Shown here: positions 29,345 through 40,179 of the stretch, piece after piece
Layout: each line of letters starts with the position of its first letter
Position numbering within the stretch: the stretch's first letter is position 1
NCBI GenBank assembly: GCA_964412625.1
Contig: CAYPPO010000002.1
Location: 9,497-73,496, forward strand
DNA length: 64,000 nt
From: an uncultured Candidatus Poseidoniales archaeon
Lineage (GTDB): Archaea > Thermoplasmatota > Poseidoniia > Poseidoniales > Poseidoniaceae
Direction: 5' to 3'
Translations under genes and position numbers: made by a program
Notes under the pieces: generated by a model
What the model saw: only the letters and a program-made list of their open reading frames with translations
What the model was told of the DNA's origin: nothing
Database searches by the model: none

Positions 29345-30109
29345 CATTGCTTCGGCTGAAAGATCTTTTTCGATTGAATAAAGGCACATAATTAGTGCGA
29401 CAAATAGTGCATATTCGGCGTATGCTGCAACATCAACAGCGTATTGTATTCGATCAAGTGTGAATATAGTATCATCTTGCAACCCATAATCCTCTAAATC
29501 TGATACAGCTCTCACAACCGCTTGAGACATTACTATGTAGGATATTATGGAAATTACAATGGCTAAAATCCGTATTTTTTTTCCCGGTTTGTTGCCTCCT
29601 GGTAAAGCAAAATGGGATAGAACTGCCCAAACTATGCCGATTTGGAAAACAATTGATGCGGTAACAATATGCAATTTTAGGTGATCATACATATTGGCAA
29701 ATGACATGATAACTAAATTAGCCCCAACAAATAGGCCGCATATTAAGAATAACAGCAGTAACTTGGTCGGTTTTCGTGAGTTATATTTGTGCCATACGCG
29801 GTAAGCAAACAGCATCTGAATCAGTCCGGATATTGCTAATCCAATGGTGAACACCCACCTCTCTAAGCCGGGGAAATCTGCTTCGGAGATGAAGAATGGA
29901 AAATCTCTAGAATTCCCCCCAAGTAAGTGAATTACCATCGATAGCGGAACTACAGTGGCTGGAAGTAACCAACTCGTCCGAACAATTAATTCATCCGAGA
30001 CATATTTGTCACCAATATGAATACCGTTCTCCGCATTCCTCATCGTGACACCGTGCATTGCGAAGTGAATCGTATCTATAACCTTCAAGTGTGATGGCAT
30101 ACACCGCAT
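29330..30109 (-). CDS. Integral membrane protein of unknown function (~7 TM)
   Basis: Hydrophobicity pattern only. No signature motif is recognised. Confidence 0.4.
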   Translation of the reverse strand: MRCMPSHLKVIDTIHFAMHGVTMRNAENGIHIGDKYVSDELIVRTSWLLPATVVPLSMVIHLLGGNSRDFPFFISEADFPGLERWVFTIGLAISGLIQMLFAYRVWHKYNSRKPTKLLLLFLICGLFVGANLVIMSFANMYDHLKLHIVTASIVFQIGIVWAVLSHFALPGGNKPGKKIRILAIVISIISYIVMSQAVVRAVSDLEDYGLQDDTIFTLDRIQYAVDVAAYAEYALFVALIMCLYSIEKDLSAEAMLCEE

Positions 30110-30119
30110 ACTGTTTCAT

Positions 30120-31607
30120 ATGCCGTTACGAGTGCATGATACCCGCCGCAGGGAAAAGGTTCCATTCAAAACGATGGAACCAGGCAAAGTCTCGATGTAT
30201 GTATGTGGGGTAACAGTCTATGACAATTGTCACCTAGGCCACGCCCGTTGTTATCTCGCCTTTGATCTAATTCACCGGTGGTTAGAGTCCTCCGGATTCG
30301 ATGTCCATTATGTGCAAAATTTCACTGATATCGATGACAAAATCATCAAGCGAGCCAATGAAACGGGAGAGGATTGGCGAGCATTAGTAGATACCAATAT
30401 TGCTGGTTATTATGAAGACATGGACGCACTGAATATCCTGCGAGCCGATGATTACCCACGATGTACTGATTATGTCGATGACATGGTTCATATCACCCAA
30501 GATTTAATCGACAAGGGTCATGCCTATCAAGCGAATGATGGAGTATATTTTCACGTAGAATCAGCGCCTGAGAAATATGGCCAACTAACCGGGCAAAATA
30601 TCGATGCTGTCCGGTCAGGCGCCGGAGGTCGAGTCGATGATGCTGCCTCAGGTAAGCGAGATCACAAGGATTTCGCATTGTGGAAGGCGGCTAAACCGGG
30701 CGAGCCAACATGGGATTCTCCTTGGGGCCCGGGAAGACCGGGTTGGCATATCGAGTGTACAGCAATGTCGCTTGACCACTTTGGTCAGCAATTCGATATT
30801 CATGGTGGCGGTCACGATCTGCGTTTTCCCCATCACGAGGCGGAAATATTCCAAGGCGAATGCCACACAGGTTGCTCCCCTATAGTTCACCATTGGTTGC
30901 ACAATGGTTTTGTTAACATCGATGGCGAAAAGATGAGTAAGTCACTGGGTAACTTTTGGACTATCAAAGATATTTTGCAGCAAGTTGACGCAATGGTCCT
31001 TAGGTTTGCCTTAATCAATGCCCATTATCGTTCACCAATCGACATGAATGAAACCCTGCTCAAAGATGCTGAGCGTAATTACAATCGCGTGTTGGAGTGT
31101 TACATTAATGCCCTGAAAGGTATGACGTCTAAATCCCCAATTGCGCTGCCACAGCCGGACATTACCTCTCAACAACCGCTGATTAAATCCCTTGCTATGT
31201 TAGAGAAAATGGGTGAAGGATTTGCCCAAGCCATGGATGACGATTTCAATTCTAGGGATGCAGTGGCTAAAGTTCTGGGTGGAGTTCGAGAAATCAGCAA
31301 AGTATTGGCTAGTGGCTTGGATGAGGTGGATAAAGATGCTTTTGCGCATTATGCAGTTGACTGGTTGGAAGAGTCAGCCGGAGCGGTTCTTGGTATCCTA
31401 CCAACGCGAGAATTTGCTCTGTTAGAACCCGAGGAGGATCCCAGAAAAACCGAAATCGCTCCACGTGTTGAGGCCTTATTGTTAGAAAGATCCAAGGCAA
31501 GATCGAATAAGGATTGGGCCAAGGCTGACCAAATTCGCGATGAATTGAACTCAATGGGGGTCGTGGTAACCGACTCACCTGATGGGCCAATTTGGGAGCT
31601 AAAATAA
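30120..31607 (+). CDS. cysS: Cysteinyl-tRNA synthetase
   Basis: It has the class I HIGH motif (CHLGHAR) and KMSKS (KMSKSLGN). The conserved CysRS zinc-site region is present. It is 495 aa. Confidence 0.9.
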   Translation: MPLRVHDTRRREKVPFKTMEPGKVSMYVCGVTVYDNCHLGHARCYLAFDLIHRWLESSGFDVHYVQNFTDIDDKIIKRANETGEDWRALVDTNIAGYYEDMDALNILRADDYPRCTDYVDDMVHITQDLIDKGHAYQANDGVYFHVESAPEKYGQLTGQNIDAVRSGAGGRVDDAASGKRDHKDFALWKAAKPGEPTWDSPWGPGRPGWHIECTAMSLDHFGQQFDIHGGGHDLRFPHHEAEIFQGECHTGCSPIVHHWLHNGFVNIDGEKMSKSLGNFWTIKDILQQVDAMVLRFALINAHYRSPIDMNETLLKDAERNYNRVLECYINALKGMTSKSPIALPQPDITSQQPLIKSLAMLEKMGEGFAQAMDDDFNSRDAVAKVLGGVREISKVLASGLDEVDKDAFAHYAVDWLEESAGAVLGILPTREFALLEPEEDPRKTEIAPRVEALLLERSKARSNKDWAKADQIRDELNSMGVVVTDSPDGPIWELK

Positions 31608-31695
31608 TCCCATAATAACCCATAATCGAAATTCCATCGGCTAAATTACCGTCAGTGGTGCAAAATTTGCAAATTTTTCCCGACACATACATTAA

Positions 31696-32868
31696 ATGTC
31701 AGCGCATTGTACGAGATTTATGGTTGATTTCGAGTTATCGGAAGAGCAAGATATGCTGGTCGGTTTGGCGAAGACTTTTGCTGATGATGAGTTGATTCCT
31801 AACGCAGAGGAATGGGACAGAAACGGTATTTTCCCGGAGGCAGCAATCAATAAAGCTCGAGATCTCGGTCTATTGAATTGTACGATTCCAGAACAGTATG
31901 GCGGTCTTGGTCTAAGTTTTCTTGATGAGGTAATGATAAACGAGGAATTGGGCCGTGGTGATCCGGGTTTCGCAACCATAACCGGTGTAACCATGTTAGC
32001 CTGCCACCCAATAATATACGCAGGCACAGAGCAGCAAAAACAGGAATATCTAGGACGCGTCTGCGATGGCAAGATATCGGCATATTGTGTTACCGAACCC
32101 GGCGCTGGGTCCGACGTTAAGGCAATAAAAACAACTGCCACCTTGGATGGTGATCACTATGTCATAAACGGTTCGAAAATGTGGATTGGTGGAGCTGGGC
32201 ATGCAGACTGGTTCTACGTTCTGGCAAAAACCAGTGAAGAAAAATCATACCGTTCGCTGAGTGGTTTTATTGTAGAAGCAAATTCTGCAGGATTAGTCGT
32301 TGGCAAAAAGGAAGAAAAGATGGGCCAAAGGTCCTCTGATACCCGTTCGGTTAGTTTTGATAATGTTAGAGTTCCGCAAGCCAATTTAGTAGGCGGCGAG
32401 GAGGGTAATGGGTGGTTACAAGCGATGGTAGCGTTTGACCGTTCACGTCCTATGCTTGCTTCACACGCACTGGGTAACGCGCGCGGCGCAATGGAGGAAG
32501 CGTGGCAATATGCCAACGAGCGACAAACCTTTGGTAAACCGATTTTCGAACATCAAGCGATCTCGTTCATGCTCGCAGATATGAGTACCAAAATAGAGGG
32601 TGCCAGGTTGTTAGCATACAAGGCTGCAGACCTATTAGACAAAGGCGAATCTGCAACTTTGGCCGCAGCACACGCAAAGCGGTATGCAGCTGATATTGGA
32701 ATGGAGGTGACCACAGATTCAGTACAGATTTTTGGTGGTTACGGCTATTCAGAAGAATTCCCTGCTGCAAGACGCATGCGAGGTGCTAAAATTTACCAAA
32801 TATTCGGTGGTACAAGTCAGATTCAAAAATTGATAATTAGCCGGGAAATCAACAAAGATTACCAGTAA
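31696..32868 (+). CDS. Acyl-CoA dehydrogenase
   Basis: It has the canonical ACAD N-terminus FELSEEQ. It has YCVTEPGAGSD and a C-terminal catalytic Glu region (IYQIFGGTSQIQ). An alternative start at 31720 (MVDFELSEEQ) is likely. Confidence 0.85.
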   Translation: MSAHCTRFMVDFELSEEQDMLVGLAKTFADDELIPNAEEWDRNGIFPEAAINKARDLGLLNCTIPEQYGGLGLSFLDEVMINEELGRGDPGFATITGVTMLACHPIIYAGTEQQKQEYLGRVCDGKISAYCVTEPGAGSDVKAIKTTATLDGDHYVINGSKMWIGGAGHADWFYVLAKTSEEKSYRSLSGFIVEANSAGLVVGKKEEKMGQRSSDTRSVSFDNVRVPQANLVGGEEGNGWLQAMVAFDRSRPMLASHALGNARGAMEEAWQYANERQTFGKPIFEHQAISFMLADMSTKIEGARLLAYKAADLLDKGESATLAAAHAKRYAADIGMEVTTDSVQIFGGYGYSEEFPAARRMRGAKIYQIFGGTSQIQKLIISREINKDYQ

Positions 32869-32875
32869 GTTTGCC

Positions 32876-35818
32876 CTACTTTGGTGGCGGTTTCAGTTCA
32901 GGTAGCACAGGTACGAATTGTTTAGGTTGATGTTTTTCCATCACAGACAAGAACTCCTCAAGGCTGATTACGCCATCTCCATTAGTGTCGAATGTCTCCA
33001 GCATAGCGTCAATGTCTGAAACCTTGACCGAATCTTTGAGCAGCGTGTTAACCGCAGTTCGGATTTCTCTTCTGGACACATAACCATCGTCGGTTTGGTC
33101 GATGGCGGTGAACAAGCGAACCGCAGATAGCCCTGAAGATTTCATGGCACTTGCGACTTTGTCTTTAATGTCAATCGCATCACTACTGTCAACCGAATCT
33201 TTAGCCTGTAGCGTAGATTCATTAGACGATTGGTCAAATTCATCATCATCCCAAATCTTATCCACGACCGAGGTCTGGGAATTCAGTAAATCGTCACCGT
33301 CATTGGCCCGACTTATCACATATAGTCCGAAGAGTAAGGCAACTACAATTATCAACAATATTAGTTTGAGTTGGTTTTTGGTAGATTCATCTGCCTCTGC
33401 ATCGTCAATAAATTGGTCATCTGGTTGCTCACCAAATAAATCATCACCATCGGTGTTATTGTCGGTTGGGCCAGGCAAAGTTGTAGTGTCGCCCCCGCTG
33501 TTGGAGCCATCATTGTTCGCCCCTCCGGTATTGGATCCACCATTGTTGTTGGTGCCGCCATTGTTGTCACCGCCATTGTTGATATTATCGGTGGGCAATT
33601 GGATATCTACATTGGTTCTGTCACCATCTATCATTTCAACGGTGTAATAGTTGTCATACAATTTTGTCAGGTCAATGTGATAATTTGCATGAGTTGAACG
33701 ATTGATTACGTCGAAATAGCGGTCATCTCCAGAGGTGAATATTGGGTCAAGAGTCATATTCTTTAGGCGATTTACCTCATCTCGGTAATCACCGTCGAAT
33801 GTGGTGTTCAGCCAAGCATTAATCTCTTCATCGCTGTCGCCGTTGAACTCAACCCAGTTTGCCTTCATATCATCATATTCATGGCGCATTGCCATGGCAA
33901 GCCCGGCTTCTATTTCGGCAAAGGTTTGACTACCATCTACCTCGGTCAGTGAGGTTACATCTACGGCTTTTTGGAATCCTGTACCATTGACATACTCCCA
34001 ATCATCTCCTTGCAATTGTTGCATCAGGTCGACATCACCAAACACAGCCTTACCTTGAACAACGGTAAGAGCAACATCGGCATCAATGGCTTCGATCAGA
34101 TTTCGATATGGATCTTCATGGAAGGTATCAATGACTACTAAGTCAGCATACAAATCTGCTTTAATTCGTCCAACAAACGGAGTCCAGCCGGTCGCATCTG
34201 CCGGATTTGACGTAACCATTTCCACCAGTTCATAATTGCTGAAATGTCCGCCGAGGTTATTGGTATTCCACATATCTGCCACCTTCAATTCATGCAGGTT
34301 GTTCTTTGAGCCGCTCGGCCCCCAATCAGGCGAAATTGAGATACTAACCCCCGCCTGGTCAGCGGCAATCACATCAGTGGTATCGCCATAGAGCAGTAGA
34401 TTGGAAAGTGGCGACCAGACGAGTTCGGAGTTTACGCTAGCCATTTTACTAAATTGTGAAGAATCCAAGGCTGTGCCGTGAATTACCACGGTCTCATCGA
34501 GGATTAGTCCTTTGTCCCAAAGCGCATCAAACTCAGCCTTACTTGACTGATCAACACCTTCAGAAAGATGGACGAACCAAGCATTTAACGTACCAGCCTC
34601 ACTTTGACTAATCAGGTGGCTACCTGTATAATCGTCATCGGCTGCACCGCATACAGCACATGTGGAGATACCATCTTGACCGAAATTATACAATTCGACA
34701 TTCCTCGACAGAATGCTGTCCCAGGCTTGGGTCCCCGAACTTGGCGAGCCTTGCATGGCAGTTACTCCACCGGAGACTGCTTGCACCTCAGCATACTTCA
34801 TTTGTTCACTAGCCATGTCCCAACGGTAAGTCGACTGAATGTTGGTTTTCATCCAGGTAATACTTGGCCCATAATCCCAGTTGTTGCCCCATTGGTAACG
34901 ATTGGTATATCCACCCTCCTCTGACTTCTGCGAGTCGCTCAAATGGACTTCAAAGTCCCACAGTGGGATATGATTGTAGTGGACGTGATTATGTAAATCA
35001 ATTAGGCCGGGATAGATGGTTCCGTCAGTCTCGACAATCGGCACATCGGTGAAATCTACCCCTGCCGGCGGATTGGCATTTGACGCCCATACTCCGGTAA
35101 TCTTGCCGTCACGGACCATGACATTGCCGTCATTGATTATGTTGTTTTCACCATCCATAGTGACAACCCTGCCCTTTAGTAGAAATGCTCGAGAAGAATC
35201 AGTGTTGCTCAACTTGTAACAATTTACGATATTATCTGGAACGGTGTACGGCTCTGAATAATCAGCAGCCCTGCCTGGTGTAGGGTCGTCTTTGGTCAAA
35301 GTTCCATCATCGGATATATAGGACAATCCGTAACTAGAATCTGACGCCGGGAACGACATCGAGTTAATCAAATTTGAATTAGTGTCGGAGATACTAACTG
35401 TTTCGCCATCAAAGTAACTTAGGTCGAGGTCTGAATCGGCTCGGAATACGACTAATCTCTCATCAGCTCCCAGTGTAGTGTTGTATGGGAGTTGGCAAGG
35501 TGGACTCCCGCTAGTTGTTGAAAGCAGCCAACTAGAGACGTCTTGCGGTGCATCACCAGAGTTCCATACTTCGATAAATTGGTCACTAAATTTGCCATAA
35601 TCTCCATCGCCATTCCAATCCACTGCGCCGTAAATGTTTGAATTATTTTCATTGGAAACAAGATTATTTGGGCTGATGAACAGCTCTGAAATGACCACAT
35701 TTGCTGCACGGCCATTGGCTTCGTTTGAATTGTTTAATTCAAGTCTATCAACTGATGCAGACCATGACGATAGGATAAGCAGCAGCAACACGCATGAGGC
35801 CGTAAGTACTCTTCGCAT
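32876..35818 (-). CDS. Secreted, membrane-anchored amidohydrolase-superfamily protein with C-terminal cytoplasmic EF-hand pair
   Basis: It has a signal peptide (MRRVLTASCVLLLLILSS). The metal-binding HxH motif (GLIDLHNHVHYNH) is of amidohydrolase type. The TM helix LILLIIVVALLFGLYVI is near the C-terminus. Two canonical 12-residue EF-hand loops follow (DQTDDGYVSRRE; DTNGDGVISLEE). It ends in a Pro-rich tail, VLPELKPPPK. Confidence 0.65.
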   Translation of the reverse strand: MRRVLTASCVLLLLILSSWSASVDRLELNNSNEANGRAANVVISELFISPNNLVSNENNSNIYGAVDWNGDGDYGKFSDQFIEVWNSGDAPQDVSSWLLSTTSGSPPCQLPYNTTLGADERLVVFRADSDLDLSYFDGETVSISDTNSNLINSMSFPASDSSYGLSYISDDGTLTKDDPTPGRAADYSEPYTVPDNIVNCYKLSNTDSSRAFLLKGRVVTMDGENNIINDGNVMVRDGKITGVWASNANPPAGVDFTDVPIVETDGTIYPGLIDLHNHVHYNHIPLWDFEVHLSDSQKSEEGGYTNRYQWGNNWDYGPSITWMKTNIQSTYRWDMASEQMKYAEVQAVSGGVTAMQGSPSSGTQAWDSILSRNVELYNFGQDGISTCAVCGAADDDYTGSHLISQSEAGTLNAWFVHLSEGVDQSSKAEFDALWDKGLILDETVVIHGTALDSSQFSKMASVNSELVWSPLSNLLLYGDTTDVIAADQAGVSISISPDWGPSGSKNNLHELKVADMWNTNNLGGHFSNYELVEMVTSNPADATGWTPFVGRIKADLYADLVVIDTFHEDPYRNLIEAIDADVALTVVQGKAVFGDVDLMQQLQGDDWEYVNGTGFQKAVDVTSLTEVDGSQTFAEIEAGLAMAMRHEYDDMKANWVEFNGDSDEEINAWLNTTFDGDYRDEVNRLKNMTLDPIFTSGDDRYFDVINRSTHANYHIDLTKLYDNYYTVEMIDGDRTNVDIQLPTDNINNGGDNNGGTNNNGGSNTGGANNDGSNSGGDTTTLPGPTDNNTDGDDLFGEQPDDQFIDDAEADESTKNQLKLILLIIVVALLFGLYVISRANDGDDLLNSQTSVVDKIWDDDEFDQSSNESTLQAKDSVDSSDAIDIKDKVASAMKSSGLSAVRLFTAIDQTDDGYVSRREIRTAVNTLLKDSVKVSDIDAMLETFDTNGDGVISLEEFLSVMEKHQPKQFVPVLPELKPPPK

Positions 35819-35905
35819 GGGTTGACCTTTACTAACAGGGACATTAATCCGTCGGTAGCAATTTGGCTGCGATTAGATGATAGACTCAATCAAATTGGTC
35901 GTAAT

Positions 35906-36280
35906 ATGGCAACCTTAGACCTCACAGAACCCGAGTTTGCAGGAGTAATAGAGAACAACGACATAGTCATCCTAGACTTTTGGGCTGAATGGTGCGGTCC
36001 GTGCAAGGCTTATGGCCCGGTTTACGAGCGAGTTTCAAGTGAATTTGACGACGTGGTTTTTGCAAAAATAAATACCGAGGAAGAGCCACAACTTGGTCGT
36101 ATGTTCAATATTAGATCGATTCCAACCACGATTGCTTTCAAGGAGCAAATTGGCGTCTTTATGCAACCCGGAGCATTGCCAGAGGCAGCCCTACGAGATT
36201 TGGTAGTGATGCTCAAAGATTTAGACATGGATGAGGTTAGAAACGAAATTGAATCCAAAAAAGCCGAAGAATCGGAATAA
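35906..36280 (+). CDS. trxA: Thioredoxin
   Basis: It has the WCGPC active site. The size and pattern are typical of thioredoxin. The track ORF starts at 35822, and the Met at 35906 gives the canonical length. Confidence 0.85.
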   Translation: MATLDLTEPEFAGVIENNDIVILDFWAEWCGPCKAYGPVYERVSSEFDDVVFAKINTEEEPQLGRMFNIRSIPTTIAFKEQIGVFMQPGALPEAALRDLVVMLKDLDMDEVRNEIESKKAEESE

Positions 36281-36326
36281 GACATGTTATGCGATGATTT
36301 CAATAGGTTGAGGTTTACCGCAGCCC

Positions 36327-38135
36327 ATGCATTGGAAACCTTGGCTCATCATACTGCTGATGATGAGCGCAACTCTGTCTGGTTGTCTTAGCGATGATTC
36401 AGAGCAAGAGACTGGTTCAATTACCTCTGATTCATATCCTGAACCATGGGACAGAGCAGGTTTGTCGTATGATGATTCGGATGTATTTAGTCGTGTCACG
36501 GTCAATGGCACATACAATACTTCTGCGCCTCAATCGATATATGTTCCAGTACCAACAATAACCACCGCTGACGGCGGAGCAGGCATTACTGGTGGTGCAG
36601 AAGTACATCTAGGTCTATGGTTGCCAGAAATAGAAGGGTGTGATTTTACCGCTGGAAATGTGACAGAAGAATGTAAAGTACCGGTCATTGCTGATGTTGG
36701 CCCATACTATGATGACGGCGATGTCTCAGCAACAACGCCTGCCGATCGATTGGGTAGATTCCTCATTGAAAATTACGTGCCACACGGCTATGCCGTTGCT
36801 CAGGTCTCAGTTTTTGGTACCGGTAATTCCAACCACTGTATGGACCTAATGGGGACTGACGAACAGCGTGGGATCGATGCAGCAGTATCCTATCTCGGTG
36901 CAGCATCATGGTCGAATGGTAAGGTTGGTCTAATTGGGAAATCATATGATGGCTCCACGCCTTGGCAAGCTGCTACTTTTGGCAATCCCTATCTTGCAAC
37001 TATTGTTCCGATGTCGGGACTAATTGGGGTTCACGAATTGATGTGGCGCAATGGAAGCATGGAGGCGCGTGGGCCAATTATGCACAACGGTGTGTATGGC
37101 TCTTTCGGAATTGATGGTGATGACGGTGATGCTGAAAACCTATGTGAAGGCTACCTAGAGGGATATTTCAATGGCCCAGCAGCTTATCAAACCGGAGGCA
37201 TGGTTGATTATGCTGGTAATACCTACTGGACCGAGAGGTCATTTTTATCGCGAGTTTTGGAAAATTACCAAGGCTCGGTATACATTATTCAAGGAATGCA
37301 AGATTGGAATGTTGATCCACACATGGCTTTCCCAATTCATCAACAGGTTGCTGATGCGGGAATTGAAATCAAAACCCTCGCAGGACAGTGGGCCCATGAT
37401 TACCCAGACAGAGTCGAGGGCCACAGTTCTCAGAGTTCCGGCCGTGGTGCAGAAGCTTACCCTTACACACTTCGATGGGATTGGGCCGATGAGATGTTGT
37501 ATTGGTTTGATTGGTACCTCAAAGGTGAAGGTAGGGCTCCGACGCTAGGTGTTGAGATGCAAGATAACCGGGGTGGATGGAGATTTGAGTCAACGTATCC
37601 AGCACCGGACACCGAGTATTTGGCAATCAACGGCGCTGATATGGGACCCGATGGCACTTCGATGTCTGCATCTTCATCAATAACGATGAGTTACGGCCCG
37701 TTTGAAAATGATGTTTACATCGCTGGAATGCCAACATTCCATATTCCGGTCACCCCGAGTACTCTCAATGGCGCCCACGGTTTTCTGGAAATGACCGACG
37801 AAAATGGCCTGCGTCTCGGGCATGCAGTGATGGATTTTAGATTCCATGCTGGAGGACGCGATGGTCAATTGTCTCTAATTCCTTACGTTGAGGTAATGGC
37901 GTTGATGGAATTCATGCCGCTGGACGTATTCATCAGCGCAGGTGAAACAATATTCATTACAATGACGCAAACCGGTGAAGATTATGTCCCCTCATCATCG
38001 GCAGTCGGCGGGTACTCGGTTGATTGGAGTGGCGCAACATTAACCCTACCTCTTGTGACCAGAACCTGTGATGACTTATTCCAAGCTCCGATGCAGACAT
38101 ATGGTGCAGGTGATGATGGCACCAGAGAGTGCTGA
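36327..38135 (+). CDS. CocE/NonD-family hydrolase (peptidase S15, Xaa-Pro dipeptidyl-peptidase-like), lipoprotein
   Basis: It has a lipobox signal (MMSATLSGC). It has the [19 protein letters not shown]...[11 protein letters not shown] region with a GxSYxG nucleophile elbow characteristic of the S15/CocE family. Confidence 0.65.
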   Translation: MHWKPWLIILLMMSATLSGCLSDDSEQETGSITSDSYPEPWDRAGLSYDDSDVFSRVTVNGTYNTSAPQSIYVPVPTITTADGGAGITGGAEVHLGLWLPEIEGCDFTAGNVTEECKVPVIADVGPYYDDGDVSATTPADRLGRFLIENYVPHGYAVAQVSVFGTGNSNHCMDLMGTDEQRGIDAAVSYLGAASWSNGKVGLIGKSYDGSTPWQAATFGNPYLATIVPMSGLIGVHELMWRNGSMEARGPIMHNGVYGSFGIDGDDGDAENLCEGYLEGYFNGPAAYQTGGMVDYAGNTYWTERSFLSRVLENYQGSVYIIQGMQDWNVDPHMAFPIHQQVADAGIEIKTLAGQWAHDYPDRVEGHSSQSSGRGAEAYPYTLRWDWADEMLYWFDWYLKGEGRAPTLGVEMQDNRGGWRFESTYPAPDTEYLAINGADMGPDGTSMSASSSITMSYGPFENDVYIAGMPTFHIPVTPSTLNGAHGFLEMTDENGLRLGHAVMDFRFHAGGRDGQLSLIPYVEVMALMEFMPLDVFISAGETIFITMTQTGEDYVPSSSAVGGYSVDWSGATLTLPLVTRTCDDLFQAPMQTYGAGDDGTREC

Positions 38136-38190
38136 TTTAGTGTCGCATTAGGCGCTATTCTCTTAAGCCGATGACAAACAATCCTCCACC

Positions 38191-40179
38191 ATGGTTCTTA
38201 GCGCAATACCAGGGGTAGGGGAAAGACTAGCCAAAAAAATGACTGATCATTTCGGTTCGGAAGAAGCTGCCTTATCTTCGCTCATGTCAGGCGATATCGG
38301 GCAAATAGCTGAAATCGATGGTGTATCCCCAAAGCGAGCATTATCACTGGCTCGCAGCATTGCGGGCGACGACGGACAATTTCTTGCTACCAAGGAGTCG
38401 ATAAAACTACATCAGCAGTTGATTGACCAAATCGCAAATTTCACCGCTTCTCCGGCAACCAAAGCAAGGCTACAGTTACTAACTCCGCTTGAAGATTCAT
38501 CTAAGCGTCGTGACTTGATAGAAGCCGCCATGAAGTTCTTATCTAATGATAATGAAATAGCGACAAAACTTAGCAACTCCTTGAAGCAGGTAACTACGCT
38601 AAAGAATAATTCAGAACGTTATGATAGAGTTGTGGTGACAAAACAGCCGATGAACCATTTGAAAAAACACTGCCGTATACTCATGCCAGCAGAAAGTGAA
38701 ACATGGAAAGATTACACGGTGTTTGGTAAGGTGACATGGCTGGGCAGTGGGGCGCCAAACGATGTCCCAGAAGGATGGATTGTTCTTGGGAGTGATCCTG
38801 ATGAAGAATTAATTATACCAGAGTTGACTCTAGATTGGTTTAAGAAAAACCGAAAAACGTTGTCGGCTTTGTCAGAGATCATCACCACCTTATCTAACTC
38901 AGACTCTAATTCACAATTTTTTGACTATCTGGGTTCGGAATTAGTCGGTTTGGAACAATTACCGGAGTTATTATTCACATTATTTGAGGAGGGCGACACA
39001 GAACGCGCCGAACAGGTAAAAGATGAATTGTGGCCATATTGTAAGGCATTGGAGAACGAGGTTAACATTGACGTTGAAAAAGCGATGAACGATGCGAAGT
39101 TAGCACTCTCGGGTGCAGAATTGCTAGATGCATTGGCTGACGGTAGCGGTTTTCAAAGGCGACTTAAGGAGGCAACAGGATATGTTATCGAAAACGCTAT
39201 GCAACAAGCAGTAAACAAGTTAGCAGAGTATATGGAAGGAAGTGGAATTAGGTGTCCGCCAATAATTTTCACTAGTGATTGGCCAGCCAAACTCGACCGT
39301 CAAGTTATCGAAAAAATCGATGAGAGCCTAGAAAAGCGCATTAGTGCTCAAAAGTCAGATCATATCTATTCGATGGCTAGGAAGCTAGGCCCACTGAAGT
39401 CAAAGTGCGAATCAGCAATTCGTTCACTGGTCATAGTCGATCAGTGGCTGACTATTGCTCGATGGGCAAAACACTACTCTTGTACTATGCCCAAGATGGT
39501 TTCACACGGTATATGGATTAATCAAGGCCGGCACATACTACTCGGAATCGAAGCCGATCCAGTTACTTATGGTCTAGGAAAGGCAGCACCAAAGAGTGAT
39601 CAGCAACAATTAGCATTGTTGACCGGGGCTAACTCAGGTGGCAAGACCACACTTCTTGAGTTACTTGCTCATACCTGCATACTTGCCCACATGGGTTTGC
39701 CAGTACCGGCAAAACAAGCATGTGTCGGCAAAGTGGAGGCGTTACATATTCTAGCAAAAGCTGGTGGTACACAGAGTGCCGGAGCCTTGGAACAGACACT
39801 GGTAGATTTGGCGACAGTTGTCAGTGATCCTACTCCAAAACTTATCCTAGCCGACGAATTAGAAGCAATTACCGAACCTGGTGCAGGTGCTAGGATAATC
39901 GCTGGGATGTTACTCGCTGCGAGGGCACAAAAAGACACGACAATGATGTTAGTCACACATCTAGCACCAGCAATAATCGAGGCCTCAAATGTCGATGATT
40001 TTAGAGTAGATGGTATCGAAGCAAGAGGCTTGGACGCCGATTTGGAATTGATTGTCGATAGAACACCAATCCGTAATCATCTTGCTAGATCCACTCCAGA
40101 ATTAATCGTTAAGCGCCTTGTAGAGAAGAGTAATGGCCACGCAAAAAAGTTGTTTGGCGATATTTTGACCATGTTCTAG
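38191..40179 (+). CDS. MutS-family ATPase lacking the mismatch-recognition domain, with N-terminal helix-hairpin-helix (archaeal MutS2-like)
   Basis: The C-terminal MutS domain V has Walker A (LTGANSGGKTTLL) and Walker B (ILADELEAITEP). The N-terminal segment GVGERLAKKMTDHFGSEEA is an HhH-like motif. Confidence 0.6.
   Translation: MVLSAIPGVGERLAKKMTDHFGSEEAALSSLMSGDIGQIAEIDGVSPKRALSLARSIAGDDGQFLATKESIKLHQQLIDQIANFTASPATKARLQLLTPLEDSSKRRDLIEAAMKFLSNDNEIATKLSNSLKQVTTLKNNSERYDRVVVTKQPMNHLKKHCRILMPAESETWKDYTVFGKVTWLGSGAPNDVPEGWIVLGSDPDEELIIPELTLDWFKKNRKTLSALSEIITTLSNSDSNSQFFDYLGSELVGLEQLPELLFTLFEEGDTERAEQVKDELWPYCKALENEVNIDVEKAMNDAKLALSGAELLDALADGSGFQRRLKEATGYVIENAMQQAVNKLAEYMEGSGIRCPPIIFTSDWPAKLDRQVIEKIDESLEKRISAQKSDHIYSMARKLGPLKSKCESAIRSLVIVDQWLTIARWAKHYSCTMPKMVSHGIWINQGRHILLGIEADPVTYGLGKAAPKSDQQQLALLTGANSGGKTTLLELLAHTCILAHMGLPVPAKQACVGKVEALHILAKAGGTQSAGALEQTLVDLATVVSDPTPKLILADELEAITEPGAGARIIAGMLLAARAQKDTTMMLVTHLAPAIIEASNVDDFRVDGIEARGLDADLELIVDRTPIRNHLARSTPELIVKRLVEKSNGHAKKLFGDILTMF

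Noticed and set aside
31309-32141. 127- and 149-aa minus-strand ORFs
   Set aside because: They are antisense to cysS and the acyl-CoA dehydrogenase, both with canonical motifs in the plus frame.
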